A stretch of 64,000 bases of DNA from Chiloscyllium plagiosum. Its lineage: Eukaryota. The stretch lies in assembly GCF_004010195.1 (NCBI RefSeq), contig NC_057749.1, positions 22,416,976 through 22,480,975 on the forward strand. Direction: 5' to 3'. Of this stretch, positions 1 through 12,479 are shown in pieces; positions within the stretch are counted from its first letter, which is position 1, and each line of letters opens with the position of its first letter. The notes below the pieces were generated by a model. The model had not been told where the DNA came from and made no database searches. It saw nothing but the letters and a program-made list of their open reading frames with translations. Made by a program: the position numbers and the translations under genes.

Positions 1-478
1 AGGTCAATTCTTGGAATGGCGGGATTACCTTACACTGAAAGACTGGAGCGACTGGGCTTGTGTACCCTTGAGTTTAGAAGACTGAGAGGGGATCTGATTG
101 AGACATTTAAGCTTATTAAAGGATTGGACACTCTGGAGGCAGGAAACATGTTTCCGCTGATGGGTGAGTACCGAACCTGAGGACACAGCTTAAAAATACG
201 GGGTAGACCATTTAGGACAGAGATGAGGAGAAACTTGTTCACCCAGAGAGTGGTGGCTGTGTGGAATGCTCTTCCCCAGAGGGCAGTGGAGGCCCAGTCT
301 CTGGATTCATTTAAGAAAGAGTTGGATAGAGCTCTCAAGGATAGTGGAATCAAGGGTTATGGAGATAAGGCAGGAACAGAATACTGATTAGGAAATGATC
401 AGCCATGATCATATTGAATGGCGGTGCAGGCTCGAAGGGCTGAATGGCCTACTCCTGCACCTATTGTCTATTGCCTAT
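1..478 (+). mobile_element. CR1-type LINE 3' end
   Basis: ORF2 C-terminus (RLRGDLIET...RGHSLK...FTQRVV..WNALP), then 3' UTR and a short repeated tail. Confidence 0.9.
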
Positions 479-869
479 TAGCATGAAGGACCTTTACACC
501 CTCTCCTCTCACCTGAGGCACGGTGACCCTCAGGTTAAACCACCACCAGTCATCTCTCTCGTGACAGAGCAGACTGATGGTCTGTGGGGACTATGGTGAC
601 CTTAACTGTTCATTCACTACCTGCTTCCAGCAGCTTCACCCATCTCAGTTCATGAAGTGTACAGCCAGCATTGAAATCCCACTCTCAGGAATGATTGAAT
701 ATAGGTGATTCATGTGAATGTTTAAATATCTCTGGGGAGGCTTGCTCAATTTATTGCTTATTTGCAGTCTCTTTGTTTGGTAAAGTTTCAAAGAATTATA
801 CATCTGAATCCGTAGGTCTCTCTGTTCCACAACATTATCCAAGACCCTACTTCTAAATGTGTAAATTCT

Positions 870-1612
870 GCTCTTGGTAAAACAAACAAGGGCAGGACAT
901 ATACATTTAAATATAGGGCCCTAGGTAGTATTGTATAACAGAGAGACCTAGGGATTTGGGTACATAATTCTTTGAAATTTGTGCCACACATAGATAGGGT
1001 GTTTAAGGAGGAGTTTGCCTTCATTGCTCAGACCTTTGAGTACAGGAGTTGGGATTTTATGTTGAGGTTCTACAGGACATTAGTGAGGCCTCTTCTGGAA
1101 CACTGTGTCCAGTTCTGGTCACTCTGCTATAGGAAGGATATTATTAAACTGGAGAGGGTTCACCAAAGAGTTACCAGGACGTTGCTGGGAAAGAAGGGTT
1201 TGAGTTATAAGGAGAGGCTTTTTTTTCATTGGAACGTAGGAATTTAAGGGGGTGACCTCACTGAGGTGTATACAATCATGAGGGACATGTATAAGGTGAC
1301 TGGCAGTTATCTTTTCTCCAGGGTGGGGAGTTCAAAACTAGGGAGCATCTTTTTTAAGGTGAGAGGAGAAAGATTTACAAAAGACATGAGGGGCAACTTT
1401 TGCTTACACAAAGAGTGGTTCAGGTGTGGAATGAACAGCCAGAGGGAGTGGTGGATGCGGGTACAGTTACAACGTTTAAAAGACATTTTGATAAGTTCAT
1501 GAATAAGAAAAGTATGGAGGGATATGGGCCAAGGACAGGTGGGTGGGATGAGTTTAGTTTGGGATTATGGCTGGCGTGGATTGGTTTGGACCGATGGTCT
1601 GTATGACTCTAT
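870..1612 (+). mobile_element. CR1/HER1 LINE 3' fragment
   Basis: LVRPLLEHCVQFWS...KDIIKLERV and TQRVVQVWN motifs, disrupted by frameshifts. Confidence 0.9.
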
Positions 1613-1671
1613 ATTTACTTGCAGTATTGTTGCTTACTTTTCTGTTCTTGTATTAAAGGTGCTGGACTCTT

Positions 1672-1828
1672 AGGTGACTGTGGAAACACAGGACCGAGGA
1701 GTAGGTGACTGTGGATACACAGGACTGAGGAGCAGGTGACTGTGGAAACACAGGACTGAGGAGCCGGTGACTGTGGGAACACAGGACTGAGGAGCAGGTG
1801 ACTGTGGAAACACAGGACTGTTGAGCAG
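1672..1828. repeat. 31-bp minisatellite, about 5 copies
   Basis: Unit ggtgactgtggaaacacaggactgaggagca. Confidence 0.9.
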
Positions 1829-2454
1829 TGTGGGTCAATCTGCCCTTTGAGTCTGCTTCCCCAGTCAATAAAGGTCCTGGTTAATCTGGTTGTGGTCTCA
1901 GCTCTACACTCCTTTCTGCCCTCCATAATTCTTGTTGATTAACATTCCAACTAACTCTGTCTTCAATAAATCCTACTACCCAGTCTCCAGTGCTTTCGGT
2001 GGAGGAGAATTCTCTTCAACCCATTACAAGATGGACTGCCCACAATGAGGACCTCTTCTCATTGAGGTAGGCAGGTCACCTTTGGGAAGCTAGAGGGGCA
2101 AACTTCGAACTACGTGTTCGGACTTCTGTCGATCACAGGTCACACAGTCACAACAACCTAATGGGCCAGAAAATTGAGTTCAAGCCCCAGGAGTGGGACA
2201 GAAATGGAAACAGTAATTAGAAGAATATGGGTAGTATTGGCTTCTAATGAATGATGAGTTGCTATTGCTCCAGATTGCTTTGAGAGATTCAGGAATTAAA
2301 TACTATTCGCTGTGTGCTGCTGCAGACAGCTGAAGGAACAAATATGTCATTGTACACAGATAGAGGAATGGAGGCTGTTTTCACATTATCTTTGAACAAT
2401 TCTGATTCTGAGTTACAGAAAATATTTGGTGTGCAGTTAAATGCCAAGTGGGAC

Positions 2455-2770
2455 AACACAGTGGCTCAGTGGTTAGCACTGCCGTCGCACAGTGCCAGGG
2501 ACCTGGGTTTGATTCCAGCCTCGGGCAACTGTCTGTGTGGACTGTGTACATTCTCCCCGTGTCTAGGTGGGTTTCCTCTGTGTGCTCCCACAGTCCAAAG
2601 ATTGGTGGATTGGCCATGTTCAATTGCCTCATAGTGTCTCGGGATGTGTAGGTTAGGTGGATTAGCCATGGGAGATGCAGGGTTACCAGGATAGGGTGGG
2701 ATGCTCTTTGGAGAGTTGGTGTGGAGGTGATGGGCCAAATGGCCTCGTTCCACACAGTAGGGGATTCTAT
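2455..2770 (+). mobile_element. HE1/V-SINE-type tRNA-derived SINE (representative of about 18 copies)
   Basis: A box gtggctcagtggttagc, B box gggtttgattcc, central ttctccccgtgtct..gggtttcctc domain, LINE-like tail. Other copies near 8755-9075(-), 9615-9920, 17570-17895(-), 19965-20440, 23180-23437(-), 28375-28928(-), 36405-36900, 38733-39260, 49365-49665, 50335-50655(-), 53855-54285, 55445-55750(-), 56780-56968(-), 62760-63135 and 63313-63660. Confidence 0.9.
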
Positions 2771-4189
2771 GGAGAAAGTGAGGAGTAGGGGATTCTATGA
2801 TTGGTTGACTGTCACAGACTATCCACATGTGCAATGAAGAGCCCTTTCACTTGACACTGTGAGCCAGGAGGGGGCGATATGACCAGTCAGTGCACTGGAG
2901 CATTGTGAGGGGGCAAGGGTGGCATCAAGGGGTCCAGGCTCCATGAGGAGGGATATGGGGGGTGGGCGCAACAGCAGGTGTGCAGGCATGGGGATAGATG
3001 GGTTGGGGTAGCAGGAGAGAACAGTTGGAGGAATCAGTACGGAATAAAATCTTCTGGAAATGCCCAGGTGGTGACCCTTGTTGTAAAGATAGAAAGCCCC
3101 ATCTAAATTCCTGGGGAATTGCAGCCTCCTCTAATTGAGAGCTGCACTTCGGTGATAAACAGCTCTAAACCTGCGTGGCTCAGACTTGCTCATTCCACTT
3201 AGGGTTGGTTTCTTGGAGATAAAGTTGACGCTGGTGACCGGACTCCTCTGCAGGGCTGAGTCTACCTGCCACCCTTGCCCCCTCACAGTGCCCCATCGCA
3301 CGGATTGGTCATATTCGTCTCCGGGATCTGGATCCTCTGTCCCGGGAGTGGGTATCAGACGGATCCAAAATGCAAATCGATTCTCCGCACTGACTTAACC
3401 ATTCCCTCTTTTTCCAGATGGGATCTTGGGTCTGCATTTGGAAATGCCCATATCGTCAGTTTCCTGGACTAGGGGAGACGGAAAATGCTAGAATGCCGTT
3501 CGAGATGATGCAGTGTTGGTGAACATGAGAAAGATAGGGACCTACATGTGCTCTCATTTAACATGCATCAGTAAATGGTGAAAAGAGCAGATCAAATCTT
3601 TTGATTGCTCTGATTGCAAATCCAGGGTCAGCCAGTATTCCATAGAAGCCTTCATTAACAGCTCTCCCTCTACAAAAACAAAATTACAACTGCCTGTAAT
3701 AACTCTAGTGGATTCCAGACACTGTCCAATAAATTGCCTCCAATATTAATTGTAAGCAATATTCTTGTTGATTCAGTTTGCAACTTCTAAGGGTCTGAAT
3801 GCCTTTGCTGTGTTTACTGTTACAGGAACTACTGACCATTCCACACCTTCATTATAATCTAAGTTATCCCTGAGCTAAAAAAAAGTTCAAACCCTCCGTC
3901 TGATTTCTGTCGGGCCTTCAAGATTTTCTTCCTAGGATTCTTATCATTTAATCAGGATTCTGGATTGTCTTTCACAGTGACAAGAATTGTCAGGAGTGTC
4001 GCACAGTTATGGAGCATTTCAAACAAACAGTGGCCTGACTCCTGAATCCAGACTCACTCCAGGATTAGAGCCAGACTGACTGCCTCACACACAGACACAC
4101 AGAGTGATCTACTCAACAGCCCTTAGCAGGATAAGAGACTGTACAAACACGTTTTTGTTTATCTTCCCTGAGGGGTTAAATGTACACTA

Positions 4190-5331
4190 GCAAGTACCCT
4201 TTGTACATATTGCACTACCAAGGAATGAAGTTAATGTGCAAAAAGCAACAGTGACACAGACTCATCATTCTCTCACAGATACACACACACACACACACAC
4301 ATATAAACACTTACTTTAAATGTTTCTACATTTTTGCGTTTTTTTTTTGGAATGTTGTTTCACAAGGAAACCTCCATTTCAAGATTAAAAAGACTTGTGT
4401 TGCTTCATTAGCAGAAACATACTTACACTGTGGCACATTAATCGAAAAGATTTCACTAGGACCAGACATATTCTCACAAGAAAATAACACCAAGCTCTTA
4501 GAAAATAACACTTCTTTCTATTGTTGGCTTGCCTTACAAAAAAACATTGTCTTGCACAAATCACGTCTCTTTTATTGCAGGAATATTTTAAGTGCTTCCT
4601 AATATTCATACCAGGGTTATAAAAATAGAACTCTCTCTAAAATGGTCCAGACAAGGCTTCGTTTTTTATAAATCATTTTGATTCCATTACCCTTCATCGC
4701 ACCATTCTTCATCTGAATCAATGAGACAATAATCAGCCGCACAGACTATGGAAATTGGAGTGCGTTTGTAAATCAAACTAAGTATGTGGGCATTCCTACT
4801 ATAAACAAATATCAACCTTAAAGCAGCATCTAAAACTCCAAACCTCCCTCCATATACTCAACTGTTAAACTTGTATTTCTTGTGCACGTCCTATTAACAG
4901 AACTAATAAATACAACATATCATGTACAAATTGGGAAAAAAGTGCTTAAATTGCAGATTCATATTTTGTCTCACAGCACATCAAGTTTAAAATGATATAC
5001 TGATAATAACTGTTATGTTCACGTATTTACTCTATATACCCTGTAAAAGATTTGCTCTAAATTAGCTTCTCAGCATTATAATGTCACTGTGCGCTGTGCT
5101 CTACACAAACTAAATGCATGAGAAAAACAAGTTCAACTTTCACGAAGAAACTAATATTAATTCACCCCCCCTGCCCCATCCCCTAAACTCCCCACCCAAG
5201 AAATTTGTTGCTTCATTAATCTCCTGGACTTGTGCACAGCCACTGCAGTGCAGCAAGGGGAAAATGTGAAATATCTTCAATTATCTGATGCAGGTACTTC
5301 CCAGGGTTTCGATCTCCTCTGATGACAATAT
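4190..5331 (-). other. RORA: RORA 3' UTR (distal end uncertain)
   Basis: AT-rich, transposon-free stretch directly after the stop codon, with AATAAA and miRNA seed matches. Confidence 0.7.
4571..4576 (-). promoter_or_regulatory. Candidate polyadenylation signal AATAAA
   Basis: tttatt on the plus strand, about 760 nt downstream of the stop codon. Confidence 0.4.
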
Positions 5332-5496
5332 CTAACCATCCGTCGGCATCATTTGCTCAAACTCGGAGCTGAACAGCTCCTTATACAACGGAGGGAAATG
5401 TACCCGCACAATGTCCGGGTGTATTGCTTTGAACGAGGACAGCTTCTCAATGTGCCGATTACACAGTGTTCGTAACGTAGACACTTTAGATAACAG
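5332..5496 (-). CDS. RORA: RORA last coding exon with AF-2 helix 12 ([19 protein letters not shown]...[22 protein letters not shown])
   Basis: Polypyrimidine tract and CAG acceptor. PPLYKELF is the ROR AF-2 motif. TAG stop at 5334-5332. Confidence 0.97.
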   Translation of the reverse strand: MLSKVSTLRTLCNRHIEKLSSFKAIHPDIVRVHFPPLYKELFSSEFEQMMPTDG

Positions 5497-6293
5497 CTGG
5501 GGAAAGAGGGAAAGCAAGGGTAAAAACAATTAGCAAACATTGTGAAGACTGGACAAGCAGAGGTAAATCTGCAGAATGATTCTCACAGATCCTACTCACA
5601 GCACGAGGGCTGAGCCCCATCCCCGTGTGGATTTAATTGTTACGTTCCAAAGGGAATTGGATGAATATGTAAAGAGGAGAATATTGCTGGTGTCTGAGGA
5701 AAAGGCAGTGGGTTGGTCCGACTGAATGGCTCTTTTAAAGGACCAACATAAGCTCTGTGGACTGAATGGCTCTTCCCATAATTTATTAAACTGGGTGTAA
5801 GGTATGGAACTCATTCATCTGGTCCTAAAGGACATGGTGGGTCAGCAACATTCAATCCCGGAGTAGTACATGCACATTCCATATTACTTTGCAGGGGATT
5901 TATCAATCTGATCCACAAATACTCAGAAGAGCACAAGAAACGTGGGTGACAGTGGTTAGCACTGCCGACTCACAATGCCAGAGGCCGGGTTCGATCCCAC
6001 CCTCGGGCGACTGTGTGGAGTTTATACATTCTCCCTGTGTTAAGATCTCCATAAGATATAGGAGCAGAAAGAGACCATTTGGCAAAGGTTTCTGAATTGT
6101 GTTTGAGATTCTAGCTTTTAACATTTTGTCAACCTCATACTTTTGCAGCTATCTGTTTTATTTTTGAGGTTCTGGGTAGAAATCTCTCAAATGCAGAACA
6201 GAAGGAAGCCATTCAGCCCATTGAACAGTTGAAGAGCAATCCAGCCAATCCTCTCTTCCCTCATATCCCTGCAGCCTTGAACTTTTTGATTAC

Positions 6294-6406
6294 CTTTGTC
6301 AGAATGCCATCCTCTCTGTGATGTTTCTGCAAAATATGCTGGAGCGTTAATTGAATTCTCTGTTGCAGTTTTTCAACTTTTATCTTCTCCTGGAGCCAGA
6401 GACGAT
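6294..6406 (-). CDS. RORA: RORA exon, LBD helix 9 ([38 protein letters not shown])
   Basis: Translated by hand. 113 nt, CCAG acceptor, AAG|GTAAT donor, phase 1 to 0. Confidence 0.95.
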
Positions 6407-6739
6407 CTGGGTGGAGAGACAATGAAAGAACGAACACAGCAATTGAGCCATCAGCTTCTCCCTAATTATTTTCTCAAATTGCTTTCATTGCCGTTCTGAC
6501 ACACAGTGGGAGATTGAGGATGCATTACTGGTGGTCCCCATCTCCAAAGGGATACCTGGTCTGTGCTCGGAACTCAGTCAGCCCATTGTTCAGCACTTCC
6601 GTGAAACTGTCAGTGATGCCACACCTAATACACAGCACCGAGTCCATAGTTGGCAAATAGCCAGTGCCTAACACCCAGTCGGACATCCAGCATTACTCTG
6701 GATCCAGTACGGGAAGGATATTGGCCTAATTATGTTAAC

Positions 6740-7112
6740 TCTACACTGTGAATCCAGAAACTTAGCTAATGTTCTGGGGACCTAGATTCAAATACTGCTA
6801 CGTTAGATTTTGTAATTTGAATTCAATTTTAAATAAAATTATCTGGAATTCAGTCGACTGAAACTATTGATTTTTCTGTGGGGAAAACCCATCTGGCTCA
6901 CTAATGCCCTTCAGGGAAGGAAACTGCCATCTTTACCCTGGTCTGGCCCCCCCTACATGTGACTCCAGACCCACAGCTATGCGGTTGGCTCTCAACTGCC
7001 CTCTGAAAGCTACTCCGTTACACCAATTGCTATGAAATCAATAGCATCAAGACACAAACAATAAATGCTGGCCAGCCAGTGATGTCCACATCCCGGGAAT
7101 TAGTGAAGAAAA
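6740..7112 (+). mobile_element. tRNA-derived SINE of a second family
   Basis: Core aaaacccatctggctcactaatgcccttcagggaaggaaactgcc...tacatgtgactccagacccacagc recurs at about 16735-17260, 29395-29725(-) and 11070-11350(-). Confidence 0.75.
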
Positions 7113-7221
7113 AGGTTTCGGGGTCACATCCTCTCCATGTCTAACATCCAGGTTGGAGCAAGCCTGTATCAAATCTCCACTGTGGTCACAGCGCATTGCC
7201 TTGCTGTAGTTTAAGCACACT

Positions 7222-8455
7222 CCACACCCAGCCTACACCTGGTCCACACCCAGTCAACACCTGCTCCACACCCAGCCTACACCTGGTCCACACCCAGCCT
7301 ACACCTGGTCCACAACCAGCCTACACCTGGTCCACACCCAGTCAACACCTGCTCCACACCCAGCCTACACCTGGTCCACACCCAGCCTACACCTGGTCTA
7401 CACCCAGTCAACACCTGGTCCACACCCAGCCTACACCTGGTCCACACCCAGCCTACACCTGGTCCACACCCAGCCTACACCTGGTCCATATCCAGCCTAC
7501 ACCTGGTCCACACCCAGCTTACACCTGGTCCACACCCAGCTTACACCTGGTCCACAACCAGCTTACACCTGGTCTACACCCAGCCTACACCTGGTCCACA
7601 CCCAGTCTACACCTGGTCCATACCCAGCCTACACCTGGTCCACACCCAGCTTACAGCTGGTCTACACCCAGCTTACACCTGGTCTACACCCAGCCTACAC
7701 CTGGTCTACACCCAGCCTACACCTGGTCCACACCCAGCCTACACCTGGTCTACACCCAGCCTACACCTGGTCCATACCCAGCCTACACCTGGTCCATACC
7801 CAGCCTACACTTGGTCCACACCCAGCTTATACCTGGTCTACATCTTGCCAACACCTGGTCTACACCCAGCCTACACCTGGTCCATACCCAGCCTACACCT
7901 GGTCCACACCCAGCTTACACCTGGTCTTCATCTTGCCAACACCTGGTCCACACCCAGCTTACACCTGGTCTACACCCAGCCAACACCTGGTCTACACCCA
8001 GCCTACACCTGGTCCACACCCAGCCTACACCTGGTCCACACCCAGCCTACACCTGGTCTACACCCAGCCTACATCTGGTCCATACCCAGCCTACACCTGG
8101 TCCACACTCAGCTTACACCTGGTCTACATCTTGCCTACACCTGGTCCACACCCAGCCTACACCTGGTCTACACCCAGCCAACACCTGGTCCACACCCAGC
8201 CAACACCTGGTCCACACCCAGCCTACACCTGGTCTAAACCCAGCCTACACCTGGTCCACACCCAGCAAACACCTGGTCCACACCCAGCCTACACCTGGTC
8301 CACACCCAGCCTACACCTGGTCCACAACCAGCCTACACCTGGTCCACACCCAGCCTACACCTGGTCCACACCCAGCCTACACCTGGTCCACACACAGCCT
8401 ACACCTGGTCCACACACAGCCTACACCTGGTCCACACACAGCCTACACCTGGTCT
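7222..8455. repeat. 22-bp minisatellite, about 56 copies
   Basis: Unit cacacccagcctacacctggtc. Confidence 0.97.
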
Positions 8456-10293
8456 GTAGTTGCACTGTACTTATATCTAATCTGTATCCAAACCATGAAC
8501 GGTCCATATCCAGTCTGTTTTAACTCTTAATATGCACATAGTCCATTGCCAACTAATATCTAACATCCAATCTCCAGACATCTCATCCCCAGTGTATTCC
8601 CTTACCAAATGTCAAACGTTTGCTGTAGCCAGCTGCCATGTAACACCCAGTTTGTACTCAATCTATACACAATCTTTATAATCTGGACTATCCCATCATT
8701 GCCTTAGTCCTTATCACAGTCCCAAAAAAGATTCCATTAAAACCACATCCTATGTGATTGTGACAGCGCAGGGAGGTGCCATTCAGACCATCCACACCAA
8801 CCCTCCAAAGAGCATCCCCCTCAGACCCATCCCCAGCCTTATCCCTGCAACCCTGTATTTCCTATGGCTAATTCACCTCACCTGTACATCCCTGGACAAT
8901 TTAGTATGGCTAAATCTAAACCCCCACTGCAGGAGGAAACCAGAGCACCCGGAGGAAACCCACGCAGACACAGGGAGAATGTGTAACTCCACACAGACAG
9001 TCACCCAAGGCTGGAATCGAACCCAGGTCCGTGGTGCTGTGAGGCAGCAGCACTAACCACTGGGCCATCGTGCCACCCACATCTCCAACACTTGACAAGC
9101 TTGACCATATCAATCGCCTCAAACGCCTCCCCTCCCCATCTTTCCCTAGCACTGACCCCTGCCTCCCATAGCCTTCCTTCACCCACAAAGTTAACGAGCA
9201 AATCCGTCTATCTCTGTACTGAGTATGTGGCTCAGGAATCATTTGAGGCATTGTTTTTAAATTTGGACTGTAGTCCTCAAACTGTCTCAGCAAAACACCA
9301 TTCCTTGATATATCGAAATCATTGGTTCCTGTATGGACCATGATCCTCTCATTTCCACTCCAAATTCACCTTCAGCTACAAGGAAGCATCTTTAATCCTG
9401 GCAAGGGTCAATAACACAGCCTCTGAAGCTCTGTTCATAGCTATACAGAACAGCATGATTTCCACTAACTATCATACCAGGTATATTTTCACTTGCTCCA
9501 CTCGAATGGCTTCCTGCAGCCTGGTCAGTTTGCGCATTCACTCTACAGTCCCTGTCCTCACCCACACAGAGTCTTCATACCTCCCACTCCTGTTGGCCAA
9601 GGTTCCTCTGTGGGGCAGTGTGGTGACTCAGTGGTTCGCACTGATGCCTCACAGCACCAGGGACCTGGGTTCAATTCCAGCCGGCTGTCTGTGTGGATTT
9701 TGCATATTCTCCCCGTGTCTGCGTGGATTTCCTCTGTGTCCTCCAGTTTCCTCCCGGAGCCCAAAAATGTGCAAGCTGGGGGGGGGGGGGGGCGGGGGTT
9801 GGCTATGCTTTCATGTGGGTAAGCCATGGGGCTGCAGGGTTACCGGAATGGGGCGAGATGCTCTTCAGAAGATGAACTTGATGGCTGAATGGCCTACTTC
9901 CGCACTATAGCGATTCTAACTTCACTATATTTTGGATGCCCTGATCTGCTGGACTCAGATTCACAGCCTGAACTCCCTGACCACTGCCCAACTCAAATGT
10001 TCTGCTTAACCTGAGGAGTGAGTGCATTCTGGAATAAAATGTCCAAGGAGCTCTCCCTCTCTCTGATGCAAGTAGCATGGGCCAACAACCCAGAAATGAT
10101 ATTGTTTGAGGTACTGGTACTTACTGCAAACAGAGTCATTCAGGTCTACGCAGCATCTCTTACACTACAGACACAACGCATCACCATATCTGTCTAGCCA
10201 TATTTATTTATTTGGCTTGTTAATTTGTTACTTTTTTAAGTCAATTATTTTATTGATTAATTAGTTTGCCTTGTTTAAGTAATACATTTTGTG

Positions 10294-10520
10294 GAGAAAG
10301 TGAGGTCTGCAGATGCTGGAGATCAAAGTTGAAACTCTATTGCTGGAACAGCACAGCAGGTCAGGCAGCATCCAGGGAACAGGAGATTTGACGTTTCGGG
10401 CACAGGCCCTTCTTCAGGAATGAGTTTCCTGAAGAAGGGCCTGTGCCCGAAACGTCGAATCTCCTGTTCCCTGGATGCTGCCTGACCTGCTGTGCTGTTC
10501 CAGCAATAAAGTTTCAACTT
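10294..10520. mobile_element. Penelope-derived inverted-repeat element (family A) with two opposed hammerheads
   Basis: Arms 10294-10420 and 10426-10520 are reverse complements. Perfect 14-bp TSD taatacattttgtg at 10280-10293 and 10521-10534. Confidence 0.9.
10422..10463 (+). ncRNA. Minimal type I hammerhead ribozyme
   Basis: Stem I gagtttc/gaatctc with one mismatch, CTGAAGA, GGGC-ctgt-GCCC, GAAA, C-GTC. Confidence 0.85.
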
Positions 10521-11499
10521 TAATACATTTTGTGAACTAACAGTGGGATGCATCTTTCTAGCTTAGAGACCAAAGAAAAATACACACCAGCAACAGGAAC
10601 ATCATTTAAAAACAAGCTCAGAATCCAGCTTCCTCTCCCTGTCTGCACTGAGTTCGCACTTGCACCGAATTCTCCACTTTACCTGCAGCTTAGTCCAACA
10701 ATCAGCGCTGGCATCACACTCTGCTCCCCCTTTCCCGGTCAAGCAACAGATTCCTTTTCAAACTCCCATCCTTATTTTTAATTCCTTCCATTGTCCTGGC
10801 TTTCCTCACCTCTGTAATCTCATCCACCCAGCAGACCTTGGCAAGATCTCTGGGCATCTCGAATTCTAGCCCCTCAATTTTCACCGGTTTCCACAGTTGG
10901 TGCCTTCAGCCTTAAGCTCTGGAGTTCCCTCACTATCTTTCTATCTCTGTTCCCTCCTTTAAGGTGCACTTAAAATCTCTGCCCAAACTGTAGCTCAACT
11001 ATTAGCTCATTATGTGGCTGGACATCAAGTTATGTTTCATTATGCTCCTTATAAAGTTCCTTGGAGTTTTTATGCATTCATTCATGGTTTTGCTGGCTGG
11101 GTCAGCATTTATTAGCCAACCTTCACCGTTAAAGACACATCGCTATCACATGCAGGCTAGACTAGGTAAGGGTTTCCTTCCCTGAAGCACATGATGGGTT
11201 TTTAAACATCGATCAACAGTGTTTATATGGACAATACTGGGTTAGCTTTTTACTGCATTCAGATTTCACCACCTGCCTCAGTAGAATTTGAACTCTCGCC
11301 CCCAGAACATAACAGTCTGGTTTATTGACCCACGACACTACTGCCTTCCACTGAAATGAATGGGGTACTTTAAACATGGGAGTTGTCAACAAATCTTAAC
11401 ACAGTCAAGATTTGTGACAAAATAAACGAGGAAACACAGAGCTATATGTTGTCACCTGCCCATCTCAGCTGTCCTTCAAATGGAGAAACAGGAAAAATA

Positions 11500-11930
11500 A
11501 GGGTTTGAGCTATAGGGAGAGGCTGAACAGGCTGGCGCTATTTTCCCTGGAGCTATGGGGTGACCTCATAGAGGTTTATAAAATCATGAAGGGTCCGGAC
11601 AGGGTAAATAGACAAGACCTTTTCCCCCGGGGTGGGGGAGTCCAGAACTAGAGGGCATGTGTTTAGAGGAAAGATTTAAAAGGGACCTAGAGGGCAACCT
11701 TTTCACACAGAGGATGGTGCGTGTATAGAATGAACTGTCAGAGGAAGTGGTGGAGGCTGGTACAAATACAACATTTAAAAGGCATCAGGATGGATACATG
11801 AATAGGAAGGGTTGAGAGGGATTTGGGCCAAGTGCTGGCAAATGGGACTCGATTAATTTATGATATCTGGTCGGCATGGATCGAAGGGTCTGTTTCCTTG
11901 GTGTACATCTCTATGATTCCATGACTCTAA
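11500..11930 (+). mobile_element. CR1/HER1 LINE 3' end
   Basis: ORF2 C-terminus plus a gaagggtctgtttcc...ctctatga tail. Confidence 0.88.
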
Positions 11931-12479
11931 GTGGAAATGGCACTGTGGGTCATGTGCCTGGCGTTCTGGCTAATAAATCTGTGCATCAGTCTCTCAAGAA
12001 GGATTATGGTTTCACAGAATCAGGCATAGATTTGATGGCAGTGCCAAATTTTCCAGTAGTTGAAAGGATTGCTCACTGATCAGATTAGCCATTGCTAATC
12101 TTTGGTCAGCATTACACCTTGCAAAAATTCACATCTGACGAAATGCTGCATATTTGACATATCAGAACTGCACAACAATGACACTCATTTTCACATGTGC
12201 AATTATTTATTTGCAGTGATTCAAAACATCCAATCCATGCTTCAAGCTCTTTTGCACAATTTGTTGACCTTTCCTCTGAGTCTACAGCCAAATTTAATCA
12301 ATCAATCACAGTGAGCGTCAATAATAAACAGACTCACAATATCAAACACGGATCAATTGAATCACTGAACAGTGCACAAAGCATGAAGGAAAATGAGTGG
12401 CAGAGAGGTAATGGGGTGAAATGACTGGAACAAAGTAATTAAATGAGGGTTTACTACTTTAGTCAATCGTGGGGAGTAA

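Noticed and set aside
1672..1828. 31-bp repeats resembling a CRISPR array
   Set aside because: Head-to-tail units without unique spacers, in a eukaryotic context.
7196..8530. 444-aa ORF and overlapping frames
   Set aside because: Translation of a stop-free 22-bp minisatellite; the peptide simply cycles through the three frames.
10294..10520. Palindromic elements read as DNA-transposon MITEs or pre-miRNAs
   Set aside because: Arms are asymmetric, TSD lengths vary (11-15 bp), and the sequence matches the terminal repeat attached to a GIY-YIG remnant at 24080-24705.
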